A stretch of 22,986 nt of DNA, from IMG/VR virus record IMGVR_UViG_2519899565_000007; one strand, given 5' to 3'. How positions within the stretch are numbered: position 1 is the stretch's first letter; each line of letters begins with the position of its first letter. The notes under the pieces were generated by a model. The model made no database searches. It saw only the letters and a list, made by a program, of their open reading frames with translations, and had not been told where the DNA came from. Both the position numbers and the translations under genes were made by a program. Source of the DNA: a virus (Duplodnaviria; Heunggongvirae; Uroviricota; Caudoviricetes). Of the stretch, positions 16,585-22,986 are shown one piece after another.

Positions 16585-18260
16585 TGTGATTGCCCACCCT
16601 GACCACTAACTGCATTCGCCATAGCTGACAAAACACTCGGATCCGAAGTTTTAGCTTCGCTTAGCGTCTTGGCACCCTGTGCCGCCGCCATCCCCATCGC
16701 CATCATTTGTTGCTGCTGTTGCTGCTGTGCCCGTTGCTGGCGAGCCTGATCAACCTGTTCCTGCGGAACAATGACGGTTGGAGACACTCCGGACATATCA
16801 GCGAATGCATCGATCGCCTGATCAACGTTGAGTTTGTCGAGAGCTTCTGGTTTCGCTTGCGCAAGTTGACCAATGAAGTTAACCGTGGACGCCAGACTGG
16901 ACAGGCCGATAGACTTCTGCGCCTGAGCCATGACGGAAATGTATTCGACCTTCAGGGGCATGCCTTCCATCGCGTCAGGCGGTGGCGGCAGCATGTTTTT
17001 ACGCACCATCATCGAGAAAGCGCGGTCAATGAGAGGATTAAGACATTCGTCGTTCAGACGCTCCAGAACCGGCCCCAACATCAGAAGTTTTTCTTCTTTC
17101 ATTTCGATCACCGCTTCAACAGGCATCGAGCGGGTATTGATGTTCTGCAACATCATGAACAGATCGACAAAGTAGGCGCTGTTAATGATTTGACGAGTGT
17201 CCTGAATGTCTGCTACCAGATCTGCTGTACTGGGGTTAACCAGATAAGCAGGCCTGAAACCATCCTGACCAGTAATCTGATCGATATACGTGATGTCGCC
17301 AGGAAGAAGGGAGGCGCGCTGATTCTTGAGGGAAGTCGGAGCAACCATCGGCGGATTGGTGGCTTTATCAATCAACTGCGACTTGCGCTTCTGAAGAAGC
17401 TGCAATGCCTTAACAGGTCCAAGCGCCAGCATACCCGGGCATGATGATCCATAAACATCTTCGCCGTTAACTTCCCAGCGCGGAGCCATAATTGGAAACT
17501 CATCGAATCCGGACTCACGCAACAACTTGTCGTTATCGCCGCCAACCTCGTAATAAACCGATTTGAATGGCTTGTTCTTGCTATCCAGCTTCGATGTATC
17601 GCGGTCAATGTTCGGGTAAACCGAATGCATCACCTCAATCCACTTCTCGTAGGTGCCAATTTCCCACATGCTTTTTACGTATTCGCTGACGTTATTTAGC
17701 CCGAACTCCTGAACAAGCTGACGAACAGTCATAGAGAACTTGCGAAAACAGGTGTCCACACTGCCACGAGGTGAGTTAGCCAGGTAGTAACTACCTATCG
17801 GGAATGGCATTGTGCGAATGATGTCCTCGTCATCCTCCAGCACCGCCATTGCACCAGTGCTGTATGTGCCGAGGCTTCCGTATAACTGCGGAAGAGACTG
17901 GTAGAGATTCGAATTATTGAACATATCATTCATGCGGTTCTGCACCGCCTCAAGCCACAACTTAACAGGGCCATAATCCATCATTTCAGGATCTGGCGTA
18001 GCCAGGCGAAACCACGGACGCGCGGGGCTTGTGATGCCTGACATCATGCCGCTGGCGAGAGTGCGCGCCGCCATAGTCCCGGTCGAATCAATAATGCGTG
18101 TATTGCGTCGATCGTTACGGTTGACCTCAGAAGTCAGAAAGCGGGAACCACGCGGGTTGATGTAATCACTCAACTCGCGCCAGTGCGGCTCGAACGACTG
18201 ACGCTCGCTTTCAAGTTGTGCGAACTGTTTGTTCAATCGCTCTTTAGTTGTTTCCGCCAT
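16581..18260 (-). CDS. Portal protein (559 aa), T7 gp8-like head-to-tail connector
   Basis: Size and position after the large terminase; C-terminal Gln/Met-rich tail (QQRAQQQQQQQMMAMGMAAAQG) resembles the T7 gp8 C-terminus as recalled; GGAG RBS. Confidence 0.8.
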   Translation of the reverse strand: MAETTKERLNKQFAQLESERQSFEPHWRELSDYINPRGSRFLTSEVNRNDRRNTRIIDSTGTMAARTLASGMMSGITSPARPWFRLATPDPEMMDYGPVKLWLEAVQNRMNDMFNNSNLYQSLPQLYGSLGTYSTGAMAVLEDDEDIIRTMPFPIGSYYLANSPRGSVDTCFRKFSMTVRQLVQEFGLNNVSEYVKSMWEIGTYEKWIEVMHSVYPNIDRDTSKLDSKNKPFKSVYYEVGGDNDKLLRESGFDEFPIMAPRWEVNGEDVYGSSCPGMLALGPVKALQLLQKRKSQLIDKATNPPMVAPTSLKNQRASLLPGDITYIDQITGQDGFRPAYLVNPSTADLVADIQDTRQIINSAYFVDLFMMLQNINTRSMPVEAVIEMKEEKLLMLGPVLERLNDECLNPLIDRAFSMMVRKNMLPPPPDAMEGMPLKVEYISVMAQAQKSIGLSSLASTVNFIGQLAQAKPEALDKLNVDQAIDAFADMSGVSPTVIVPQEQVDQARQQRAQQQQQQQMMAMGMAAAQGAKTLSEAKTSDPSVLSAMANAVSGQGGQSQ

Positions 18261-18274
18261 TTCAATGACTCCGG

Positions 18275-18481
18275 TTACTGACCAAGCAGCGTTTTACCGC
18301 TGGTATTAGCGGTTGATGTGTCGCCCTGAGAACCGGTAAGCAGCGTAGAACTACGACCAGCAGCAGCGCGACGGCGACGTGTTTCTTCGTCGCGGGCATC
18401 AACAACGGCGGCATCCTGCTCCTGTGGTGCTGCCTGAACTTCTGGTGTTGCAGGCACTGATGGTGAGCTACCCATGCACAT
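18275..18481 (-). CDS. Hypothetical small low-complexity protein (68 aa) immediately upstream of the portal gene
   Basis: ATG at 18481 with GGAG 8 nt upstream; its initiation region (ACGGAGTCATTGAT-ATG) nearly duplicates the portal one (CCGGAGTCATTGAA-ATG). Confidence 0.45.
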   Translation of the reverse strand: MCMGSSPSVPATPEVQAAPQEQDAAVVDARDEETRRRRAAAGRSSTLLTGSQGDTSTANTSGKTLLGQ

Positions 18482-18508
18482 ATCAATGACTCCGTACGCA
18501 ATTAAATT

Positions 18509-18587
18509 ATTACCAATTTAACCACATATGATTTATTTATCGTAGATAGTTGACATTTAACGCACAAATTATTACCTTTCAGGTAAT
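18509..18587. repeat. Copy 2 of the shared regulatory element, with a 12-bp insertion carrying TTGACA (18550-18555); perfect 17-bp palindrome ATTACCTTTCAGGTAAT (18571-18587)
   Basis: See copy 1; lies between the minus-strand 68-aa/portal genes and the plus-strand tRNA unit. Confidence 0.7.
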
Positions 18588-18908
18588 CAAAGGGTTCATT
18601 CCGGTTATTAACCTGACTGGCTTGTCGTTAAATTGAACAGGTGGAGTGAGCTTTTATTTTGAGCAGTACGGCGTATGGCACATGCGCCGATAGCGGTCTG
18701 GATACGTTTAAGGGGCACCCTCCCTTGCTCGGGCAAACGAACCAGGTAGCCGGGATGTGCAAGTCGAGCGGTTTTATTCCGCGCACGGGGATTCACCATC
18801 CCGGCGATTCGGTGTGACGCCTCGGAAGAGACGAGGGTACAACGATGAGAGCATTTATGGAGCCGCGACAAAGTGTGGCGCCTTAACAGGCTAAGTGCTC
18901 TCAGCGTT
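18588..18908 (+). other. About 320 bp ORF-free, GC-rich, hairpin-rich segment upstream of the tRNA; candidate structured RNA or long tRNA leader
   Basis: No plus-strand ORF above ~25 codons; several local stems (e.g. CCTCG-N7-CGAGG at 18820-18836); followed directly by the tRNA. Confidence 0.3.
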
Positions 18909-18985
18909 GTGGCATTAGCTCAGTTGGACAGAGCAACCGCCTTCTAAGCGGTTGGTCGCAGGTTCGAATCCTGCATGCCACGCCA
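18909..18985 (+). tRNA. tRNA-Arg (anticodon UCU), argU-like, CCA encoded
   Basis: Hand-folded cloverleaf: acceptor GTGGCAT/ATGCCAC, U8-A9, D-arm GCTC-AGTTGGACA-GAGC, anticodon arm ACCGC-CTTCTAA-GCGGT (UCU at 18943-18945), T-arm GCAGG-TTCGAAT-CCTGC, discriminator G, CCA. D, anticodon and T arms match E. coli argU as recalled. Confidence 0.9.
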
Positions 18986-19028
18986 GAATCACGCCTAAGG
19001 ACCGTGATGCCAGAAGTTCCAGGTGCTT

Positions 19029-19070
19029 GGCGGTGATAGTTTCCCTTGAAGGACTATCACCGCCCTTTTT
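19029..19070 (+). terminator. Strong intrinsic terminator after the tRNA (12-bp perfect stem plus CTTTTT)
   Basis: GGCGGTGATAGT (19029-19040) pairs with ACTATCACCGCC (19053-19064), followed by TTTTT at 19066-19070. Confidence 0.85.
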
Positions 19071-19100
19071 ACAGCAGGACGCCATTGCGATGACTTCATG

Positions 19101-19116
19101 CTGTAAACCCGTACAG
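19101..19116 (+). promoter_or_regulatory. Weak LexA-like site CTGTAAACCCGTACAG (CTGT-N8-ACAG), between the two tandem terminators
   Basis: Correct half-site spacing but the centre is GC-containing and the flanks are non-consensus. Confidence 0.25.
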
Positions 19117-19148
19117 CCACGGAAAGCATAACTCATTGCTTCCAGTTC

Positions 19149-19172
19149 GCCCGGTTCGCCGGGCATTTTTTT
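19149..19172 (+). terminator. Second intrinsic terminator/attenuator (GCCCGG-UUCG-CCGGGC followed by A and U7) ending 11 nt before the start codon of the 123-aa ORF
   Basis: 6-bp GC stem with UUCG tetraloop and seven Ts (19166-19172); then AAGGTGAG (SD) and ATG at 19184. Confidence 0.7.
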
Positions 19173-19183
19173 AAGGTGAGATT

Positions 19184-19555
19184 ATGAACGACCAGCAAAT
19201 CGAAAAAGAAATCGTTGAGAAAGGCAAAACGGCACCGCGCGTTACGCCAGACCATATCGAAGGCATTATTGCTCAGGAGGCATATTTCACAGCAGAAGAT
19301 GGTGCCTTTGGCAAAGCCATAAAAGCGAAACATACTGGCGGAGAGGTAAACTACCAGCCGCACGAATCACTTTCTCTGCTGACGTTCTGCGTCCTGGTGC
19401 TGCGCAACGGCTTCACCGTCACCGGAGAGAGTTCCTGTGCAAGTCCGGAAAATTTTGATGCAGAAATTGGTCGGAAGATTGCCCGGCAGAATGCTGTAAA
19501 CAAAATCTGGATGCTCGAAGGTTACTTGCTGAAGCAGAAGTTAAGCGAGCAATAA
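19184..19555 (+). CDS. Hypothetical 123-aa protein (moron), antisense to the structural operon
   Basis: ATG with AAGGTGAG SD; flanked by intrinsic terminators on both sides; no family recognised by eye. Confidence 0.6.
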   Translation: MNDQQIEKEIVEKGKTAPRVTPDHIEGIIAQEAYFTAEDGAFGKAIKAKHTGGEVNYQPHESLSLLTFCVLVLRNGFTVTGESSCASPENFDAEIGRKIARQNAVNKIWMLEGYLLKQKLSEQ

Positions 19556-19559
19556 CACC

Positions 19560-19571
19560 GTGGCATGTCAC
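19560..19571. repeat. Copy b of the palindrome family: GTGGCATGTCAC (1 mismatch), 4 nt after the 123-aa stop and 3 nt before a terminator hairpin
   Basis: Direct comparison with the copies at 2003 and 21825. Confidence 0.55.
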
Positions 19572-19574
19572 AAA

Positions 19575-19602
19575 CAGCCAGCCTATGAGCTGGCTTTGTT
19601 TT
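19575..19602 (+). terminator. Intrinsic terminator (AGCCAGC-N6-GCTGGCT then TTGTTTT) at the convergent 123-aa/large-terminase junction
   Basis: 7-bp stem 19576-19582/19589-19595 with T-tract 19596-19602; A-tract upstream may give weak activity on the minus strand. Confidence 0.7.
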
Positions 19603-19645
19603 ATCCTCACCAGAGGATATCAACGACATTATCCCCACCAGCGGA

Positions 19646-21121
19646 TTAAGCATAAGGGTCATAATCCGTTATGGCCCTTCCCTGCTGGCTTTGCTGTCCT
19701 GGTATATTTATGCGTTTCGAGACCGGGAAAGCAAACGTCAGCAGTAGCGCATCGCCTTTACCAGGAGAACGCCCAAGACGCTCTTTGATATCTTCCTTCG
19801 GTTCGATAACGATTTTACCGTCCACACGAACTTTGTACTCTGCCGCCGACAGGTCGTCTGCAGTTTCTTGGTCATCCAGCATGCCGCCCAGCCTCAGCCA
19901 TGTCTTACATGAGTTGAACATCTCCCCACGCTTGTTAAGCATCTGCGGGTCAGTGGACGCACCGCCGAACGGAACAAGTTGCCATGTACGTCCCCAGCCA
20001 TCACCGATTGACTTCAAACCGGTTCCATAACCGAAGTCGATGAACACCGCGTCAGCCTGATACTGGTCTTCAAAGTCAGCGATACGCTTCGCCATAATCA
20101 GATCGTCGGTGGTCTTGTTACCAGTCCATAGCACCTTACTGTGCAGCCCCTGCCGCAGGTATATCACAGCGTCATCAACGCCGGAGTATGCCGGGTCAAC
20201 GCCGATTATCACCGGAGCATGTGCAACCTGCGCAGCGGTTACCACCCGTTTCATTGCCTCGTCAGTAAGGCCGGTAGGGATAAACTGCAATTCAGATGCA
20301 TCCGGGAATATGCCGCGCACACGGATTTTAACGAAGTCGCTGTCTTCCCCGTAGTCATCAACCCATTTCTGCAACTGCTGTTTGTTAGTGCCTTCCACCG
20401 TCCGGCTGTCAATCTGCGCAGTTTTCCAGCGGTGTTTATATTTGCGGAAACATTCGCGGAAACGCCCGGTGTTACGTGTAGGGTTTCCGAATGCCACCCA
20501 GATAATCTCAGTGTCTTCGTCCGTCAGCGCACCCTCTGCTACCTCCCACACCAGATCGGCAATGTTGGATGCTTCGTCGAATACCACGATGATGCGTTTG
20601 CGCTCGTTGTGTAGTCCGGCGAATGCCTCAGTGTTGTGCTCAGACCAGGGGATTGCGTCAGCTCGCCACCGCTTGTCGTGCCCAGGGTCATTGCTGTACA
20701 TCGCGGTAGCGGTACAGGTAAACCAGTCTTTCGTGATAGCAAGGTTCGACCACTTGATAATTTCCGGCCAAGTCTTCGTTCGTAGCTGGTTTTCGGTGTT
20801 GGCGGTCACCACGACCTTACAATCCTCGCAAGTGGACATGCCCCAGTTGATCAGCATTGAGATGAATGCGGATTTACCAATACCGTGACCAGAAGCACGT
20901 GTCAGCATAAGCGGCTGATATCGCGTCTCTGGATTCTGCAGGTGATCACGTATCTCTCGGAACGCATCGGCCTGCCACTGACGTGGACCGGTGGCATGTG
21001 CCAGTTCAGTACCCTCTTCCCCCCACGGGAACGCATAGAGGGCATAGCCAAGCGGATCGTGAGTGAACCCTGCAATATCCTCGATTAACTGCTCTTCAGG
21101 AGATAACGCTGTATCTGTCAC
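19646..21121 (-). CDS. Terminase large subunit (491 aa)
   Basis: Size and position; ATPase-like segments (VVVTANTENQ, Walker-B-like VVFDEASN) and a C-terminal Asp-rich nuclease-like region (VIIGVDPAYSGVDDAVIY); GTG start at 21121 overlapping the small-terminase stop (GTGA). Confidence 0.85.
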   Translation of the reverse strand: MTDTALSPEEQLIEDIAGFTHDPLGYALYAFPWGEEGTELAHATGPRQWQADAFREIRDHLQNPETRYQPLMLTRASGHGIGKSAFISMLINWGMSTCEDCKVVVTANTENQLRTKTWPEIIKWSNLAITKDWFTCTATAMYSNDPGHDKRWRADAIPWSEHNTEAFAGLHNERKRIIVVFDEASNIADLVWEVAEGALTDEDTEIIWVAFGNPTRNTGRFRECFRKYKHRWKTAQIDSRTVEGTNKQQLQKWVDDYGEDSDFVKIRVRGIFPDASELQFIPTGLTDEAMKRVVTAAQVAHAPVIIGVDPAYSGVDDAVIYLRQGLHSKVLWTGNKTTDDLIMAKRIADFEDQYQADAVFIDFGYGTGLKSIGDGWGRTWQLVPFGGASTDPQMLNKRGEMFNSCKTWLRLGGMLDDQETADDLSAAEYKVRVDGKIVIEPKEDIKERLGRSPGKGDALLLTFAFPVSKRINIPGQQSQQGRAITDYDPYA

Positions 21122-21714
21122 TGATTGCCATCCTGACGTTCTTTCAGTCTCTTCCTGGCTGCCGCTATGCGATCAGCAATTGTCACATTCACATTAACAT
21201 CCAGGCGTTCTTTGAATGCGTTGACGTCGACGTGCTTACCAATCAGTTCGAGGTTCTTCACCTTGTCAGGCCATTTAATTTTTTTGAGGATTGTCTCTAT
21301 CGAATCCTCGTTCATGTTCATGATGGTCGATGACAGATCAAAGCCACTAAGCGTAGTGCGCCAGATTTTCGGCCACTCACGGATTGGTTTAAGGCTCCCA
21401 TCGTCGTTGAGGATATCGATCACGTCCATCTGGTCGATCTCCACCAGGCGCATGAGAACGTAATCAGCACTGACGCGCATTCGTTTGTTGCGCTCCTCCA
21501 TCAACTCGGCAATCCGTTTTTGAATGCGTTCATCGCGCATCATGACACTGGCTTTAACTGCCGCTGTATTTGGGGAGAATCCTGCGTTAATCGCTGCCTG
21601 AGTCTGGTTTTCAGGCGTTTTGATGTATGACTGGCAATAAGCCTCCTGCATTGCTGTTAGTGGCTTAAATTGCGTTGATTTGCGTTTATAGGTTTTAGGT
21701 TCAGCAGGCATCAT
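21118..21714 (-). CDS. Terminase small subunit (P27-like family), about 198 aa
   Basis: Immediately upstream of and coupled to the large terminase; motifs ...AINAGFSPNTAAVKAS... and ...LELIGKH... typical of phage small terminases as recalled. ORF-track start 21792 is TTG; tandem ATGs at 21714/21711 follow GGTGG. Confidence 0.75.
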   Translation of the reverse strand: MMPAEPKTYKRKSTQFKPLTAMQEAYCQSYIKTPENQTQAAINAGFSPNTAAVKASVMMRDERIQKRIAELMEERNKRMRVSADYVLMRLVEIDQMDVIDILNDDGSLKPIREWPKIWRTTLSGFDLSSTIMNMNEDSIETILKKIKWPDKVKNLELIGKHVDVNAFKERLDVNVNVTIADRIAAARKRLKERQDGNQ

Positions 21715-21721
21715 AACCACC

Positions 21722-21753
21722 GTGGTAATAGTTACCGTTGTGGTAATAGTACC
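21722..21753. repeat. Tandem imperfect direct repeat GTGGTAATAGTTACC / GTGGTAATAGT-ACC just upstream of the small-terminase start
   Basis: Two ~15-bp units separated by GTT; each contains GGTAA-N-TTACC-like half-sites related to the ATTACC/GGTAAT half-sites of the 17-bp palindrome. Confidence 0.55.
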
Positions 21754-21756
21754 ATG

Positions 21757-21783
21757 CAAAATAAAGCCGCCATAGTTGGCGGC
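21757..21783 (-). terminator. Intrinsic terminator (GCCGCC-N6-GGCGGC followed by UUUAUUUUG on the minus strand) upstream of the terminase genes
   Basis: 6-bp GC stem 21766-21771/21778-21783; minus-strand T-tract is the rc of 21757-21765. Confidence 0.65.
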
Positions 21784-21824
21784 AGTATTCAAAACACATC
21801 AAATTCATCATGCATAATCCACTC

Positions 21825-21836
21825 GTGACATGTCAC
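21825..21836. repeat. 12-bp palindrome GTGACATGTCAC (copy c), overlapping the stop codon of the minus-strand gene 21833..22171
   Basis: Exact match to copy a; same register relative to the TGA stop (G-TGA-CATGTCAC on the minus strand). Confidence 0.7.
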
Positions 21837-22171
21837 ACTATTAATTTCGTTTCATGCCAGCCTTTAGTCACCCAGCATTGCGAGTCACCATTGCACGGGC
21901 ATGAATTAACTGGAACTCTCTCGCCGCACTTACCGCAACGTTTTCTGCTGATCGATTTTATACGCCCGCGCACGCGTGCATCATCCTGGCGGATCAGTAA
22001 CGCTATATACTCACCAAATTCGTAAGGCGCACGCCCGGGGCGACGCGTGGCACAGTTACGCTCCAGCATTTCAATTTCCTGAGCATCAAGCACAATTTCC
22101 AGCTTACGCACACCAGATGCAGCTTGTCTGGCTCTCTGAGCGGCTTTGCGCTCTGCTGCTGATTTAGCCAT
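21833..22171 (-). CDS. Hypothetical basic protein with C-terminal Cys-rich zinc-ribbon-like motif (112 aa)
   Basis: ATG at 22171 (ORF-track start 22174 is TTG); CGKCG...CPC motif; 8-nt overlap with the upstream gene. Confidence 0.55.
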   Translation of the reverse strand: MAKSAAERKAAQRARQAASGVRKLEIVLDAQEIEMLERNCATRRPGRAPYEFGEYIALLIRQDDARVRGRIKSISRKRCGKCGERVPVNSCPCNGDSQCWVTKGWHETKLIV

Positions 22172-22445
22172 CAATATTTACCTTTATCGCGAACACCTTT
22201 ACCGGTTTATCACCGAAGTGGGGATGTGTGATTGTCTTGATTTCATATCCGTCATACGGGACGTTAATTCTGCGGCTGGAGTCGTCGCGCTTCGGATATC
22301 CCTTTGTGATAATCAGACGGTCATACTTACGGTTAACGAGGCGCTTTTTCCAGTAGTCATTACACAGGCGATACTCTTCCGTTTTCTCTCCGCGAATCAT
22401 GGCATCGAAGTATTCACCTTTGACGGCAAGTTGCAGGTTAGCCAT
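22164..22445 (-). CDS. Hypothetical phage protein (93 aa)
   Basis: ATG at 22445 overlapping the upstream stop by 8 nt (ATGGCTAA). Confidence 0.55.
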   Translation of the reverse strand: MANLQLAVKGEYFDAMIRGEKTEEYRLCNDYWKKRLVNRKYDRLIITKGYPKRDDSSRRINVPYDGYEIKTITHPHFGDKPVKVFAIKVNIDG

Positions 22446-22986
22446 GGTTAACCTCCTGCGGCGGTTCTGGTAGAGGCATCCAGTGAGTTACGTCATCCAA
22501 GATATTTCCTGATAAATACGTGAAAGCTCTATATTTTTTGTAATCAATTGGATTTACAACCCAGTTCCAATATGCGGCCACGATTTCACCTTGACTAAAT
22601 GCCAGTAACATTTTGGTGTCTTCCGGCATTCGATCACTACAGCTTATCCAACCACCCGGAGTTACCGGAGAATTGCCATTTACATCGAAGTTTGGTTCTG
22701 CGTCCTGAACTAGGAGGATGTAACCATTCTTGGCTGTATCAAGTTCTAACGCCTCGGTTACGGTACCGAAATAGCGATTACCTAAATCCGCATCACAAGT
22801 GCTTACATCAATGGAAACCTCCATGCCTTCGATTAATTCTGGCAAGTTGTAAGTTTGGCTTACAGGCTCTGCTTCCAGTGATGCCAGTGCAATTCGTGCC
22901 AGTTCTTCCGCTTCTTCTGCTGGCAGTACAACGTTGCTACCAGGTCCGTATGTTTCGCGCCACTGTTTGATTGTCAGCAGTCGCCC
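22438..22986 (-). CDS. DUF551-like phage protein, 5' end beyond window
   Basis: Reading frame stays open upstream of the ORF-track TTG start to the window edge; C-terminal motif ...GWISCSDRMPED...VTHWMPLPEPP matches the DUF551 family as recalled. Confidence 0.6.
   Translation of the reverse strand, partial: GRLLTIKQWRETYGPGSNVVLPAEEAEELARIALASLEAEPVSQTYNLPELIEGMEVSIDVSTCDADLGNRYFGTVTEALELDTAKNGYILLVQDAEPNFDVNGNSPVTPGGWISCSDRMPEDTKMLLAFSQGEIVAAYWNWVVNPIDYKKYRAFTYLSGNILDDVTHWMPLPEPPQEVNHG

Larger units (their letters stand above)
1..22986 (-). mobile_element. Phage/prophage late region (terminase, portal, capsid, tail, ejection proteins, tailspike); mosaic podovirus-like module
   Basis: Contiguous co-oriented minus-strand genes with typical phage order and sizes; frequent ATGA/TGATG/TAATG stop-start overlaps; recognisable terminase, portal, capsid and tail-tube motifs. 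Confidence 0.85.

Noticed and set aside
16707-17444. Plus-strand ORF (245 aa) antisense to the portal gene
   Set aside because: Portal assignment is strong; the antisense frame is Arg/His/Leu-rich with no RBS.
18262-18501. 79-aa minus-strand ORF in a different frame from the 68-aa gene
   Set aside because: Overlaps the portal start, lacks an RBS, and is His/Arg/Leu-rich; the 68-aa frame has an SD duplicated from the portal.
18550-18578. Canonical sigma-70 promoter built on TTGACA at 18550-18555
   Set aside because: No acceptable -10 hexamer at 16-18 bp spacing (TACCTT/TTACCT). Kept only as part of the repeat element, not called as a promoter.
18608-18871. Minus-strand 87-aa ORF covering the non-coding segment upstream of the tRNA
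   Set aside because: Starts at TTG with no SD; Arg/His-rich; would run antisense through a GC-rich structured region. Treated as non-coding.
18600-18908. A second tRNA or tandem-repeat antitoxin RNA (type III TA-like) in the segment upstream of tRNA-Arg
   Set aside because: No cloverleaf with a T-loop consensus could be folded and no tandem direct repeats are visible. Retained only as a hypothesis to test.
20141-20888. Plus-strand ORFs (157 and 168 aa) antisense to the large terminase
   Set aside because: Terminase motifs are on the minus strand; the antisense frames are compositionally atypical.
21715-21792. N-terminal extension of the small terminase (ORF-track start 21792)
   Set aside because: TTG start; the extension would read through the terminator hairpin and the tandem repeats. 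Tandem ATGs at 21714/21711 follow a GGTGG SD.
1-22986. CRISPR arrays, insertion sequences, integrase/att sites, T7-type single-subunit RNA polymerase promoters
   Set aside because: No regularly spaced direct repeats, no transposase or integrase ORFs, and no 23-bp T7-like promoter consensus were seen. The tRNA has intact ends and its own terminator, so it is more likely phage-borne than an integration-site remnant.

Overview
This window is the late (packaging and morphogenesis) region of a tailed phage or prophage from an enterobacterial-type host, read almost entirely on the minus strand. In transcription order (right to left) it runs: a DUF551-like gene (5' end off-window), two small genes, small and large terminase, portal, scaffold, major capsid, small head genes, T7 gp11/gp12-like tail tube proteins, five internal virion (ejection) proteins, two small membrane proteins, and a tailspike (3' end off-window). 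Many genes are translationally coupled by 1-8 nt stop/start overlaps. Two plus-strand insertions interrupt this operon and are the most interesting parts. The first (about 1580-2002) is an 85-aa gene behind a near-consensus LexA (SOS) box. The second (about 18509-19602) has a complete argU-like tRNA-Arg(UCU), about 320 bp of ORF-free GC-rich sequence upstream of it, two tandem intrinsic terminators, and a 123-aa ORF starting right after the second terminator. Both insertions are preceded by the same ~70-80 bp element containing a 17-bp palindrome (ATTACCTTTCAGGTAAT). A 12-bp palindrome (GTGACATGTCAC) recurs four times, three of them between a stop codon and an intrinsic terminator. All protein-family calls come from reading the sequence and recalled motifs; no database search was run. 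ORF-track starts that are TTG/GTG N-terminal extensions were trimmed to ATG starts with a Shine-Dalgarno or stop/start coupling where one existed.
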